From an uncultured Chthoniobacterales bacterium (lineage in GTDB: Bacteria; Verrucomicrobiota; Verrucomicrobiia; Chthoniobacterales; Terrimicrobiaceae): 46,575 nt of DNA. The notes beneath the pieces were generated by a model that had not been told where the DNA came from, did no database searches, and was given only the letters and a program-made list of their open reading frames with translations. The DNA is taken from positions 1 to 46,575 of the forward strand of contig CAZSMN010000002.1 in assembly GCA_964607615.1 (NCBI GenBank), in the 5' to 3' direction. Made by a program: the position numbers and the translations under genes. This document shows, in pieces, positions 16,266 to 24,743 of the stretch (position 1 is the stretch's first letter; each line of letters starts with the position of its first letter).

Positions 16266-18110
16266 TCATTCGACCGTTACGCTCTTGGCGAGGTTTCGCG
16301 GCTTGTCGACATCGCATCCGAGGTGGACAGCGGTGTGGTAGGCAAGGAGCTGAAGCGGGATCGCAGCGAGGATGGGCATGAGGAAGTCCGGAGCGTCCGG
16401 GATAAGAATCACGTCGTCGCAGACCTTGTGCAGCCCGTCGTCGCCTTCCGTTCCGATGGCGATGACCGGACCCCTCCGCGCTTTCACTTCCTCGATATTG
16501 GAGATGTTTTTCTCGTACACCGCATCCTGCGGAGCGATGAAAACCGAGGGTATCGACGGCGAGACGAGCGCGATCACGCCGTGCTTGAGCTCTGCGCTCG
16601 GATGGCCCGAGGCCTGAAGATAGCTGATCTCCTTGAGCTTCAGCGCCGCTTCGAGGGCTACCGGGTAGCAGGCCTGGCGGCCCATGAAAAGGAAACCTTC
16701 CGCCTCGGCGTACTTGTGCGCCAGCGCCGCGACCGAACGGTCGCGCTCGAGCGTGCGCTCGACGAGCCCCGGCAGTGACTCCAGGGCGGCGATCATCTCG
16801 ATTCCGTTGGGGCGGGAGAGGTTGCGTAACCTCCCCAAAGCGAGGCTGAGGAGGGCGAGGATGGCGACCTGCGAGGTGAACGACTTCGTGGCGGCCACGC
16901 CGATCTCTGGTCCCGCGCGCATCGCGAGGCTGCCATCGCATTCCCGGGCGATCGAGCTGCAGGCATTGTTGGTGATGCACAGCGTCCGCAGGCCCTTGCG
17001 CCGGCTTTCCCGGACGGCGGCGAGGGTGTCCGCGGTCTCGCCGCTCTGGCTGATGGCGAAGAGGAGCGTATCCTTGTCGAAGGGCAGGTTGCGGTAGCGG
17101 AATTCCCCGGCATACTCGCACTCGGCGGGGATCTGTGCGCGGGCTTCGAGCAGATATTCCCCGGTGAGCCCCGCGTGAAATGCCGTGCCGCAGCCGGTGA
17201 AGACAATGCGCCCCACGGTGCGGAGCTCCGCGGCGCCGAGGCCGAGATCATCGAGCTTTGCGGTGCCCTCGCTCTCAAGGATTCTGCCGCGCAGGGCCTC
17301 TCTCAACGAGTCCGGTTGCTCGTGGATTTCCTTCAGCATGAAATGCGGGTAGTGGCCCTTGTCGGCGGCATCGGCCGTGAAATCGACCGGGCGGATGTGG
17401 AAGGAGCCAACGGTTCCGGCCATGGTCGAGATCTCGAAACGGTCGCGCTCGAGCGCGGCGATATTGCCGTCCTCGAGATAGACGACGTCCTGAGCCCGGT
17501 CCGCGATGGCGCCGGCATCGCTGGCGAGCAGGTGCTCCCCGTGGCCGATGCCAAGCACAAGCGGGCTCCCGCAGCGCGCGCCGACAAGAAGCTCCGGAAC
17601 CTGCGCATGGATCACGGCGATCCCGTAAGTTCCGGTGACCTTCGAGAGCGCGCACCGCACGGCCTCGACCAGCGCGGCCCGGTCGCGGCCGCCGGCCTCA
17701 TCGAACGCCGCGCCGATCAGGTGGGCGAGCACCTCGCTGTCCGTTTCGGAGACAAAGGTGTGGCCCGCCGCGCGCAGCTCATCGCGAAGGGGGCGGAAGT
17801 TTTCGATCACCCCGTTGTGGACGAGCGAGAGCAGCCCGGACTGGTCTGTGTGAGGATGCGCATTATGAAGCGTCACCTCTCCGTGCGTCGCCCACCGGGT
17901 GTGGCTGATCCCTAGGTTCCCGTGGACGGGCAGGGCCGCGACTTCGCGGGCAAGGTTTTCGATCCGGCCGAGGGATTTTCTGACGTCGAGGTGGCCGTTA
18001 AGGACGGCCAGGCCGGCGGAGTCGTAGCCGCGGTACTCGAGCCGCTCGAGGCCGCTGAGAAGCACTTCGGGAGCGTCCGATTTTCCAATGTATCCGATGA
18101 TTCCGCACAT
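16266..18110 (-). CDS. glmS: Glutamine--fructose-6-phosphate aminotransferase
   Basis: Starts MCGIIGYIG (Ntn Cys2) at ATG 18110. Two SIS domains follow. The canonical C-terminus is ..DVDKPRNLAKSVTVE. Confidence 0.97.
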   Translation of the reverse strand: MCGIIGYIGKSDAPEVLLSGLERLEYRGYDSAGLAVLNGHLDVRKSLGRIENLAREVAALPVHGNLGISHTRWATHGEVTLHNAHPHTDQSGLLSLVHNGVIENFRPLRDELRAAGHTFVSETDSEVLAHLIGAAFDEAGGRDRAALVEAVRCALSKVTGTYGIAVIHAQVPELLVGARCGSPLVLGIGHGEHLLASDAGAIADRAQDVVYLEDGNIAALERDRFEISTMAGTVGSFHIRPVDFTADAADKGHYPHFMLKEIHEQPDSLREALRGRILESEGTAKLDDLGLGAAELRTVGRIVFTGCGTAFHAGLTGEYLLEARAQIPAECEYAGEFRYRNLPFDKDTLLFAISQSGETADTLAAVRESRRKGLRTLCITNNACSSIARECDGSLAMRAGPEIGVAATKSFTSQVAILALLSLALGRLRNLSRPNGIEMIAALESLPGLVERTLERDRSVAALAHKYAEAEGFLFMGRQACYPVALEAALKLKEISYLQASGHPSAELKHGVIALVSPSIPSVFIAPQDAVYEKNISNIEEVKARRGPVIAIGTEGDDGLHKVCDDVILIPDAPDFLMPILAAIPLQLLAYHTAVHLGCDVDKPRNLAKSVTVE

Positions 18111-18178
18111 AAGTATGAGTTGGTTAAAAAGGGGTGGCCTGCCGCTCGCCGGCGGGGCGTGCGGCAGGCGGGGCTGGG

Positions 18179-19777
18179 TTATTTCAGGCCGCCGTTGAGG
18201 GGGACGAACTGGTAGCCGAGGTCCTTGAGCCCGGTGACCGTTTCGCTGAGCCGGGCGGGGTCGAGATACCAGTGGAAGTAGAATCCGGCCCACCCGTCGC
18301 GCACGACCTTGAGGGCGCGGGCGCGCTTGATGAGATCCTGTGGTGTCGTTGGAGGCTGAAGATCGTACCAGCCCCAGGGGTCGATGTAGCCGATCGTCTC
18401 CGGGATCCTCTTGAGCCCGTAGGTATCGCGGTAGACGAAGGGCGCGTTGAGCTCGGTGGCCTGGCCTTTGCCGTTCGCATCTTTGAAGAAGAAGATCGCC
18501 CGGTCGCAGGCGAAGGGATACATCGCGGCGAAGACCTTGTAATCAACAGGCGAAGCGAGGTAGTGCGGGGTAAGCCATCCCACAGCGGCAAAGCCGGCAT
18601 TGGTCAGGATGTTCCGGCCGCGGGTCACGCGGTTCCGTGCCGAGCTCGCCGAGTCTCCTGTTGTCGGCCCGACGAGCGTGAGGACGCCATTGGCATCGGC
18701 GGTGACGCGGTAGAACTCATAGTCGTCTCCGGTAACGCCGGTATAGGGGTTGAAGAGCCCGTCGATCTGGTGGGTGGTGCCATGCTGGAGCACCTGGCCG
18801 CCCTCGTTGACCCAACGCTTGATCTCGCCCGTGAAGGTCGAGTTCTTTGTGATCCGGTAACTCTCCGCAACGCCCCCGTTATACGTGCCCTTCCAGTCGC
18901 GGTATTCCGGGATAAGGCTGATCGTGAATGGCACATTCATGGCGGCCAGCGTGTCGCCGACTTTCTTGAGGACCGTGATATCGGCTTCTGGTGAGACATC
19001 TTCCACGCGGAAGAAGGCGCGGTGGATTTCCGGATGGTTGATGCCGAGCATGTCGTGCATCAGGTCGGTGAAGGCGAGCGAGCGGTTCTCGAAGGTAGTC
19101 GATACCATCGGCATGTCCGCGACGAACCAGAAGTTCCCGCTGCGGACGATGTAGGGCCATGCGGTGCCGGCCTCATCGAGGCACGTGGCGAGCGCCTGCG
19201 CCTTTGCAGGGTCGTTGATCCGGACGCGGCTGAGACCCAGGTCGAAAGGCTCCTTTTGCAGGTTGGTCTCCTTATACACCACGGTCGGATGCTTTTCTCC
19301 CGAGTAAGCGAGAAGCTCGAAACCATAGCGGTCGTTGAAGGCCTGCCGGGGCCCGTAGGTCGAGAGGTCCCAGGCGTAGCGCCAGAGATTCACCCCGATC
19401 CATACGAACGGCTTGGCTGTCGCATCGAGATCCGCCTGGAACGCCGCGGCGAGAGGCGTCTCGTTCCACACGGCGCCGACGTAGAAGCATGCATCATAGG
19501 CCGCCAGTTTCCCGGCTGTGTAGGAGGCCAGAGGAAGCCGCGTGACCTTGGCATCGAAATGCGCAAGGAGGTTCTCCAGCTTGACGGAGTAGATGTCCCC
19601 GAGCCAGCCCCACTGCCCGTCGTTGTCGTAGAGAACGAGGACGTTCGGAGCGGTCGGAGGCGTCTGCGCACAGGCCGGGACCGGCGGCAGAGCGATGGCG
19701 AGAGCAAGTGCGAGCACCGCCGTCCGGAGAAGGCTGGCGCAGGTGGAACCTGTCGGGAAGAGCGTTTGTGTTTTCAT
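18179..19777 (-). CDS. Exported DUF2334-type (polysaccharide-deacetylase-like, YdaL-like) protein
   Basis: Signal peptide from ATG 19777 (MKTQTLFP..ALALAIALPPVPACAQ). Central block FFRVEDVSPEADITVLKKVGDTLAAMNVPFTISLIPEY is as I recall for DUF2334/YdaL-type proteins. The family call is from memory. Confidence 0.65.
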   Translation of the reverse strand: MKTQTLFPTGSTCASLLRTAVLALALAIALPPVPACAQTPPTAPNVLVLYDNDGQWGWLGDIYSVKLENLLAHFDAKVTRLPLASYTAGKLAAYDACFYVGAVWNETPLAAAFQADLDATAKPFVWIGVNLWRYAWDLSTYGPRQAFNDRYGFELLAYSGEKHPTVVYKETNLQKEPFDLGLSRVRINDPAKAQALATCLDEAGTAWPYIVRSGNFWFVADMPMVSTTFENRSLAFTDLMHDMLGINHPEIHRAFFRVEDVSPEADITVLKKVGDTLAAMNVPFTISLIPEYRDWKGTYNGGVAESYRITKNSTFTGEIKRWVNEGGQVLQHGTTHQIDGLFNPYTGVTGDDYEFYRVTADANGVLTLVGPTTGDSASSARNRVTRGRNILTNAGFAAVGWLTPHYLASPVDYKVFAAMYPFACDRAIFFFKDANGKGQATELNAPFVYRDTYGLKRIPETIGYIDPWGWYDLQPPTTPQDLIKRARALKVVRDGWAGFYFHWYLDPARLSETVTGLKDLGYQFVPLNGGLK

Positions 19778-19972
19778 GGGAGCGTTATCGGTTACTGAGA
19801 GAACGCTCTCACCGCGGCCATTGGCGGCCAATGGGGTGTAGTGCGGAGGTCGTGGAGAGCCGGTCGGCTCAGAGGGCGAAAACCTTCCCTCCGCTCGAAA
19901 AGAAGCCCCGTGGCGGCCGGGGCGGATCGTCGGAAAACGGGCGGGGGAGTGTCGCCGTTTCCTGTGCAGGCG

Positions 19973-19993
19973 AGCGCCCCCGGGGGGGGCGCT
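19973..19993 (-). terminator. GC hairpin downstream of the response-regulator gene (possible terminator)
   Basis: AGCGCCCCC-GGG-GGGGGCGCT forms a 9-bp stem, 19 nt after the stop at 20012. There is no U-tract on the minus strand, so the function is uncertain. Confidence 0.3.
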
Positions 19994-20011
19994 TTGAGGG
20001 CCGGCGGCGGG

Positions 20012-20701
20012 TCAGATCAGGGCCGTCTGCTGAATGGTGTTGTCGACAATGCCCGACGAGATCGCGTAGCGGGTGAGGCTCGCGGTATCGTGGATGTTGA
20101 GCTTCTCCATGAGGTTCTGGCGGTGCTTTTCGACGGTTTTGATGCTGATGCCCAGCTCTCCGGCGATCTGCTTGTTGGCGCCGCCCTCCGCGATGAGCTG
20201 GAGAACCTGAACCTCGCGCGTGGTGAGGCACATGGTCTTCTTTTCCTCGTAGCCCTTGCCGTGCGGCTTTTCCTGAAAGAGGGACTTCATGCGTTGCGAG
20301 ATCGCGTGGGAGAAGCATTTTTTCCCGGCAACGACATCGTGGATCGCTGCGGCGAGCACATCGCCCGAGGAATCTTTGAGAAGATAGCCGTCCGCACCGC
20401 ACTCGACGACCTGCCGGATGTGGGCATCCGTCCCGGAGGCCGAGAGGATGAGGATGCGTGTCGCCGGCACCATGCGGCGGATCTGGCGCGAGGCTTCGAG
20501 CCCGTTCAGGCGGGGCATGCCGATGTCCATCAGCAAGACATCCGGGCGCAGGGACAGGGCCATATCGATGGCGGAGCGGCCATTGTCGGCATCGCCGACG
20601 ACGGCGATGTCTGCAACGGTTTCGAGAAGCGAGCGGAGAGCCTCGCGCACCACGGTATGATCATCTGCAAGGAGAACTTTGATTTTCTTTGAATGCGGCA
20701 T
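20012..20701 (-). CDS. NarL/LuxR-family response regulator
   Basis: REC domain (KVLLADDHTVVRE..DVLLMDIGMP) plus a C-terminal LuxR HTH (LTTREVQVLQLIAEGGANKQIAGELGISIKTVEKHRQNLMEKL). ATG at 20701; upstream in-frame starts are possible. Confidence 0.9.
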   Translation of the reverse strand: MPHSKKIKVLLADDHTVVREALRSLLETVADIAVVGDADNGRSAIDMALSLRPDVLLMDIGMPRLNGLEASRQIRRMVPATRILILSASGTDAHIRQVVECGADGYLLKDSSGDVLAAAIHDVVAGKKCFSHAISQRMKSLFQEKPHGKGYEEKKTMCLTTREVQVLQLIAEGGANKQIAGELGISIKTVEKHRQNLMEKLNIHDTASLTRYAISSGIVDNTIQQTALI

Positions 20702-20871
20702 CGGGCGGCGGGAGCGGGTCGGGGATTTGACGGAGTGGTTCATTACGATTGGGGAGGCTGCGGATAAAAGAGCTGCTGGAGCATTGCGACAATCCGGCGG
20801 GTTCCGGTTCGAAAGGAGCGGGACTGCGGGGGTGGGTAGGAAGCCTTCTGAGGGCAGGGGAGGAAATGCGT

Positions 20872-21621
20872 TCAGGGTTTCGTGTGAAGGCCCGTCATCG
20901 GGACGAAGCGAACCGGCAGGACCGGACGGCTGATGATACGGTCCTGCTCCTTGCGGATGAGGACGAGATTCTGATCGCATCCATCATTGAGCGGGATGAT
21001 CAAACGTCCGCCGGCTTTGAGCTGCTCGATCAGGGGTGCGGGCACAACGTCATTTGCGCACGTCACGATGATGGCGTCGTAGGGCGCGGCCGCCGCGTAG
21101 CCGTGGAAGCCGTCGCCGGTGAGGCAGTGGACGTTCGTGTAGCCGAGGTGCTCGAGCGTGTCGCGGGCCCGCTCGGCGAGGCCGGAGTGGATCTCGACGG
21201 TGAAGACCTCCACCCCGAGCTCCGCCAGGACAGCCGCCTGATAGCCCGATCCGGTGCCGACCTCCAGAACGCGGTCGCCGGGTTTGAGCTCCAGCTGCTC
21301 GGTCATGAAGGCCACGATGAACGGCTGGGACATCGTCTGGTTGGCCCCGATGGGAAGCGGACCGTCGTTGTAGGCATGGCTACTCCAGACCGCAGGAGCA
21401 AAGTCCTGGCGTGGAACGGTGCCCATGGCCTTCAGTACGCGGGCATCGCTGATGTCGCGCCCGGCTGCCATGAGCTGTTCCCGCACCATTCTAGCGCGGG
21501 TATCGGCGTAGGCGGCATCCGAGCGGATTCGAAAGAACTCCTGCGAGCGCAAGGCCTGTGCCGCCCTGTGGGCGAGGATTCCAGCGATGAGGACCGAGGA
21601 GAGAAGGAGGGTCATTTGCAT
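20872..21621 (-). CDS. pcm: Protein-L-isoaspartate O-methyltransferase with N-terminal signal/anchor
   Basis: SAM-binding motif VLEVGTGSGYQAAVLAELG and the PIMT blocks QTMSQPFIVAFM and PLIEQLKAGGRLIIP. Hydrophobic N-terminus MQMTLLLSSVLIAGILA. Start ATG 21621 (or 21615; TTG at 21633). Confidence 0.88.
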   Translation of the reverse strand: MQMTLLLSSVLIAGILAHRAAQALRSQEFFRIRSDAAYADTRARMVREQLMAAGRDISDARVLKAMGTVPRQDFAPAVWSSHAYNDGPLPIGANQTMSQPFIVAFMTEQLELKPGDRVLEVGTGSGYQAAVLAELGVEVFTVEIHSGLAERARDTLEHLGYTNVHCLTGDGFHGYAAAAPYDAIIVTCANDVVPAPLIEQLKAGGRLIIPLNDGCDQNLVLIRKEQDRIISRPVLPVRFVPMTGLHTKP

Positions 21622-21952
21622 GGTCTTTTTCAATCCGGAACATTCAACGCCGGCGCTGTTTCTCGAACGATGGGGCCTTTACCCCATCGCGGCCGGCCCC
21701 CTGTCGATTCCTAGGGTTTTCACCCCATCGATCCGCCCTCATCCGGAAGGCACTCTTGCCGTGATGAACAAGAGATCACCCTCCGTCGACTATTCGAAAC
21801 CGAATGATTTTCAGGAATTCAAACGCCGCTTCCTTGCAGGTCAGGGACGCTCCCGGGAAGGCTCAGGGCGGGCCCTGAGGGTGCGGAGAGACCGCTCTGA
21901 CGGGTAGGCTCTGCCCGGTCCGGAGATTCCGACATTTCCTCCCAGGCTGAAC

Positions 21953-21990
21953 GGCCGGTTGCCTCACGGCAACCGGCCTTCCTCTTTTCC
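21953..21990 (+). terminator. Strong intrinsic-terminator-like hairpin with a T-rich tail on the plus strand
   Basis: Perfect 11-bp stem GGCCGGTTGCC (21953-63) with GGCAACCGGCC (21968-78) and loop TCAC, followed by TTCCTCTTTTCC. On the minus strand (downstream of the cytochrome c gene) there is no U-tract. Confidence 0.55.
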
Positions 21991-22028
21991 GGTCCACGGG
22001 CACGTGCCGGATCGGGGGAGAGTCCCGA

Positions 22029-22463
22029 TCAGTAATTGGGCAACAGCCGGTCGTTCGGGACCAGCTTGTAATGGGCCTGGAGGAACGCGACGAGGTCGAT
22101 CATCTGCGCGACGGTCATCTCCTCGTTGATCTGTGGCATCGGCGATTCCTTCGTGACGTTTCCGGTATACTTATTGGCCACGAAGTGCGTGGGATTGATG
22201 ATCGCCGTGACAAGTTCTCCGTAGGTTTTCACGCGAGTCGTTTCGCCGCCGAGGGTGAGGTTGAAGCGGGTTGGCGGTGTGAGCTGTTCAACTCCCTCGA
22301 CGCGGTGACAGGTGTAGCACTTCAGCGAGAAGAATGCCTGCCGGCCCCTCTCGATATTGCCGTCCGGGAGGCGGAGGCCATAAGAGGACTTCGGATTGTT
22401 GCATCCGGCGAGGACGGTTGCTGCGGCCAGGCCGGCGATCAGGAGCGGGAGTGTACGGTTCAT
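22029..22463 (-). CDS. Lipoprotein c-type cytochrome
   Basis: Lipobox LAGC near the N-terminus, a single haem motif CYTCH, and a downstream Met-containing segment (SPMPQ). The ATG overlaps the upstream stop (ATGA). Confidence 0.8.
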   Translation of the reverse strand: MNRTLPLLIAGLAAATVLAGCNNPKSSYGLRLPDGNIERGRQAFFSLKCYTCHRVEGVEQLTPPTRFNLTLGGETTRVKTYGELVTAIINPTHFVANKYTGNVTKESPMPQINEEMTVAQMIDLVAFLQAHYKLVPNDRLLPNY

Positions 22464-23980
22464 GGTAGTGAGGGGTGGATGAGATCCTGCGGCGCGGAGG
22501 AATCCTTCGTGACCTCGATGATCGGATCCTCAAAGAGATCGACCTGGAAGCGCAGGACGGTCGCCGGCTCGCCGGGTTGGATCGACCCCTTTTGTCGGGC
22601 GAGGCGGAGCTGGTCGTCGACGGTCGTGATGGCTTTGCTGCCGGGAAGAAGGAGTCCCTTGCGGCCGTCGCCCGTCGATACGACGACGCCATAAACGGCG
22701 GGGTCCAGCTCCTCCGGAGAGGAGACCTTCTCGATCGAATGGACGACGCTCACTTCCAGAAGCAAGCCGGCCACCTCGTCTGCGCTGACGGGGTGAAACC
22801 GCGCATCGCTTTTCGCAGCGAGACGCGCATTTCTCCAGACCTCGAAGACGATGTTCGGCGTGACGGGCTCCGGGCTGCCGGCGAAGCCCCGGAGCGAGCC
22901 GTCGCGCTTTCGGAGCGCGACAAAGACGCCATGCTTCTCCGAAGTGTAGTCGTCAAACGGCGGCGGCGGGGGCTCGACGCTGCCCGCGACGGCGGATTCG
23001 ATGGCGTGCCGGGCGATGGACGGCAGCAGCCGGCCGCCGCTTTTTCCGAAGGAAACCGCGTCCGCATCGGGAAGCGAGCTTTCGCTGAAGAGCAGGGCGG
23101 TTCCGTAGCCGACGCCCAGCGGCGCCTCGTAGCACAGGAGCTTGTGCCCGTTGGAGCGCCAGCCGGCGGCCGCGGTGGCGATCAATGTCGGATCGATGGC
23201 ATCCTCGGATGCGGTTTCCCGGAGACTCTCCGGAATGTGACGCAGGGCACGGTAGTCGCCGGAGCCCACCAATGTGAGAAACGCCTCATCAAAGGAGTTG
23301 GCGCGCGGGTGGTCGCCGCCGGCGGGCCGGCAGGCATGGGAATGGCTCATGTCGCCGCTCGCGACGATGGCGATCCTGTGCGACAGCGCATCGGCAGCGG
23401 CTGCGATAGCTTCTCCGAAAAGGACGATGCCATCGTATTTTGAGAAATGGAGGCTCAGGACGACGGTGGGACCGTCCCAGCCCGCCTCGGCCAGAAACCA
23501 GAGCGGGACCAGCGCGCCGTGGTCGAGTGGATGGCTGGAGATCGACCAGGTCTCGAGGTTGCGGGCTCCGGCCTCGAGGGCGATCGCCCGGGCCATAGCA
23601 AGGTCGAGAGGAAGATTGATCTCCGCATGGGGTGCGTTGAAACAGGCGAGCGAGCCGGAGACCCGGCTGTCCGTCCAGATGCCGAAGGCGCGGCTGCGTC
23701 TGGGCGAATGCGGCGAGATCAGGACAATGCCATCCGGACGGTGCCGGAGGAGCAGCGTGGCAGCCGTGCGCATGGCGTGCTGGCTCGCGGCGACGGGGCT
23801 TTCCCCGTGTGTGCTCACCCCGGGGATGAGGACCGGCGCGTGCGGCATAAGGACTGCACAGACCACAGTCTCCGGGAGGCTCTCCTTGCGGTCAGGAGCT
23901 GGTTGGAGCTCTGCTGCGCTGACGGTTTCCGGCGGTGAAATCCGCCCCGCTTTGGTGGCATTCGTTGGCATGCCAGACAT
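22460..23980 (-). CDS. Fusion of a LigB/Memo-like (class III extradiol dioxygenase fold) domain and an AMMECR1 domain
   Basis: The N-terminal half has LMPHAPVLIPGV, HPLDHGALVPLWF and VASGDMSHSH. The C-terminal half has HGVFVALRKRDGSLRGFAG, DARFHPVS, LLEVSVVHS and GLLLPG, which is the AMMECR1 layout. The hallmark LRGCIG reads LRGFAG here. Confidence 0.8.
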   Translation of the reverse strand: MSGMPTNATKAGRISPPETVSAAELQPAPDRKESLPETVVCAVLMPHAPVLIPGVSTHGESPVAASQHAMRTAATLLLRHRPDGIVLISPHSPRRSRAFGIWTDSRVSGSLACFNAPHAEINLPLDLAMARAIALEAGARNLETWSISSHPLDHGALVPLWFLAEAGWDGPTVVLSLHFSKYDGIVLFGEAIAAAADALSHRIAIVASGDMSHSHACRPAGGDHPRANSFDEAFLTLVGSGDYRALRHIPESLRETASEDAIDPTLIATAAAGWRSNGHKLLCYEAPLGVGYGTALLFSESSLPDADAVSFGKSGGRLLPSIARHAIESAVAGSVEPPPPPFDDYTSEKHGVFVALRKRDGSLRGFAGSPEPVTPNIVFEVWRNARLAAKSDARFHPVSADEVAGLLLEVSVVHSIEKVSSPEELDPAVYGVVVSTGDGRKGLLLPGSKAITTVDDQLRLARQKGSIQPGEPATVLRFQVDLFEDPIIEVTKDSSAPQDLIHPSLP

Positions 23981-24068
23981 CGTAGAGACCGCTCAGGATG
24001 GGCATCCATGGGGTCATTTCCCACCGTCAGGCGGATGATTGTCGCCCGCTTCGCGGCGATACCTGTCT

Positions 24069-24743
24069 TCAGGCCTGTCCGGCCGCCCAGGCGGCGGCGC
24101 AGGCGATGAGCTCGTGGAGGGATTTCTTCCCGAGCTTAATCTTGATCACCGAAAGGTGGGTGTGAACCGTCTTGGTGGCGATGCAGAGCCGTTCGGCGAT
24201 GCAGCTCGTTTGCAGGCCCTCGGCGAGCAGCTGGAAAATCTCAAACTCCCGGTTGGTCAACGAGGGGATGCCGGATTTCCGCACGTTGCCCTGCGGGCTC
24301 AGCCGCTGGAGGATCTGGTTCGATATGGACTCGCTCACGGAGATGCCGCCCCGCATGACCGTGCGTATGGCCCGGAGCACGTCGTCGCCGGGCTGGCTTT
24401 TCATAAGGTAGCCACGGCTTCCCGCCGCAAGGGCTCGCTCGGCGTAGACCGAATCGGGATGCATCGAGATCACCAGCACCGGAAGGTCCGGCATCACGGC
24501 ATGAATGTCTTTGATCATCTCCAGGCCGTTCTTTCCCGGCAGCGAAATGTCGGTCAGCACAAGGTCGGGCGTGAGGCGGAGCGCCGCCTCGAGCCCGGCG
24601 GCGGCGGCTGCTGCGCTGCCGCAAATCTCAAGGTCGGGCTCGCCGCCGATCAGAAGGGAAAGCCCGTCCAGCGTCATCGGATGATCATCGACAATCAGGA
24701 TCCGGCATTTCGCTTTGGGGCGGATCTTTGCGGGTCGGCTCAT
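24069..24743 (-). CDS. NarL/LuxR-family response regulator
   Basis: REC domain (ILIVDDHPMTLDG..DLVLTDISLPG) plus LuxR HTH (LTNREFEIFQLLAEGLQTSCIAERLCIATKTVHTHLSVIKIKL). ATG 24743 overlaps the kinase stop (ATGA); the track start at 24758 is an alternative. Confidence 0.9.
   Translation of the reverse strand: MSRPAKIRPKAKCRILIVDDHPMTLDGLSLLIGGEPDLEICGSAAAAAAGLEAALRLTPDLVLTDISLPGKNGLEMIKDIHAVMPDLPVLVISMHPDSVYAERALAAGSRGYLMKSQPGDDVLRAIRTVMRGGISVSESISNQILQRLSPQGNVRKSGIPSLTNREFEIFQLLAEGLQTSCIAERLCIATKTVHTHLSVIKIKLGKKSLHELIACAAAWAAGQA

Noticed and set aside
18111-18178. glmS ribozyme upstream of glmS
   Set aside because: Only 68 nt separate the glmS start from the upstream gene's stop. That is far too short for the ~170-nt ribozyme, and no conserved core sequence is evident.
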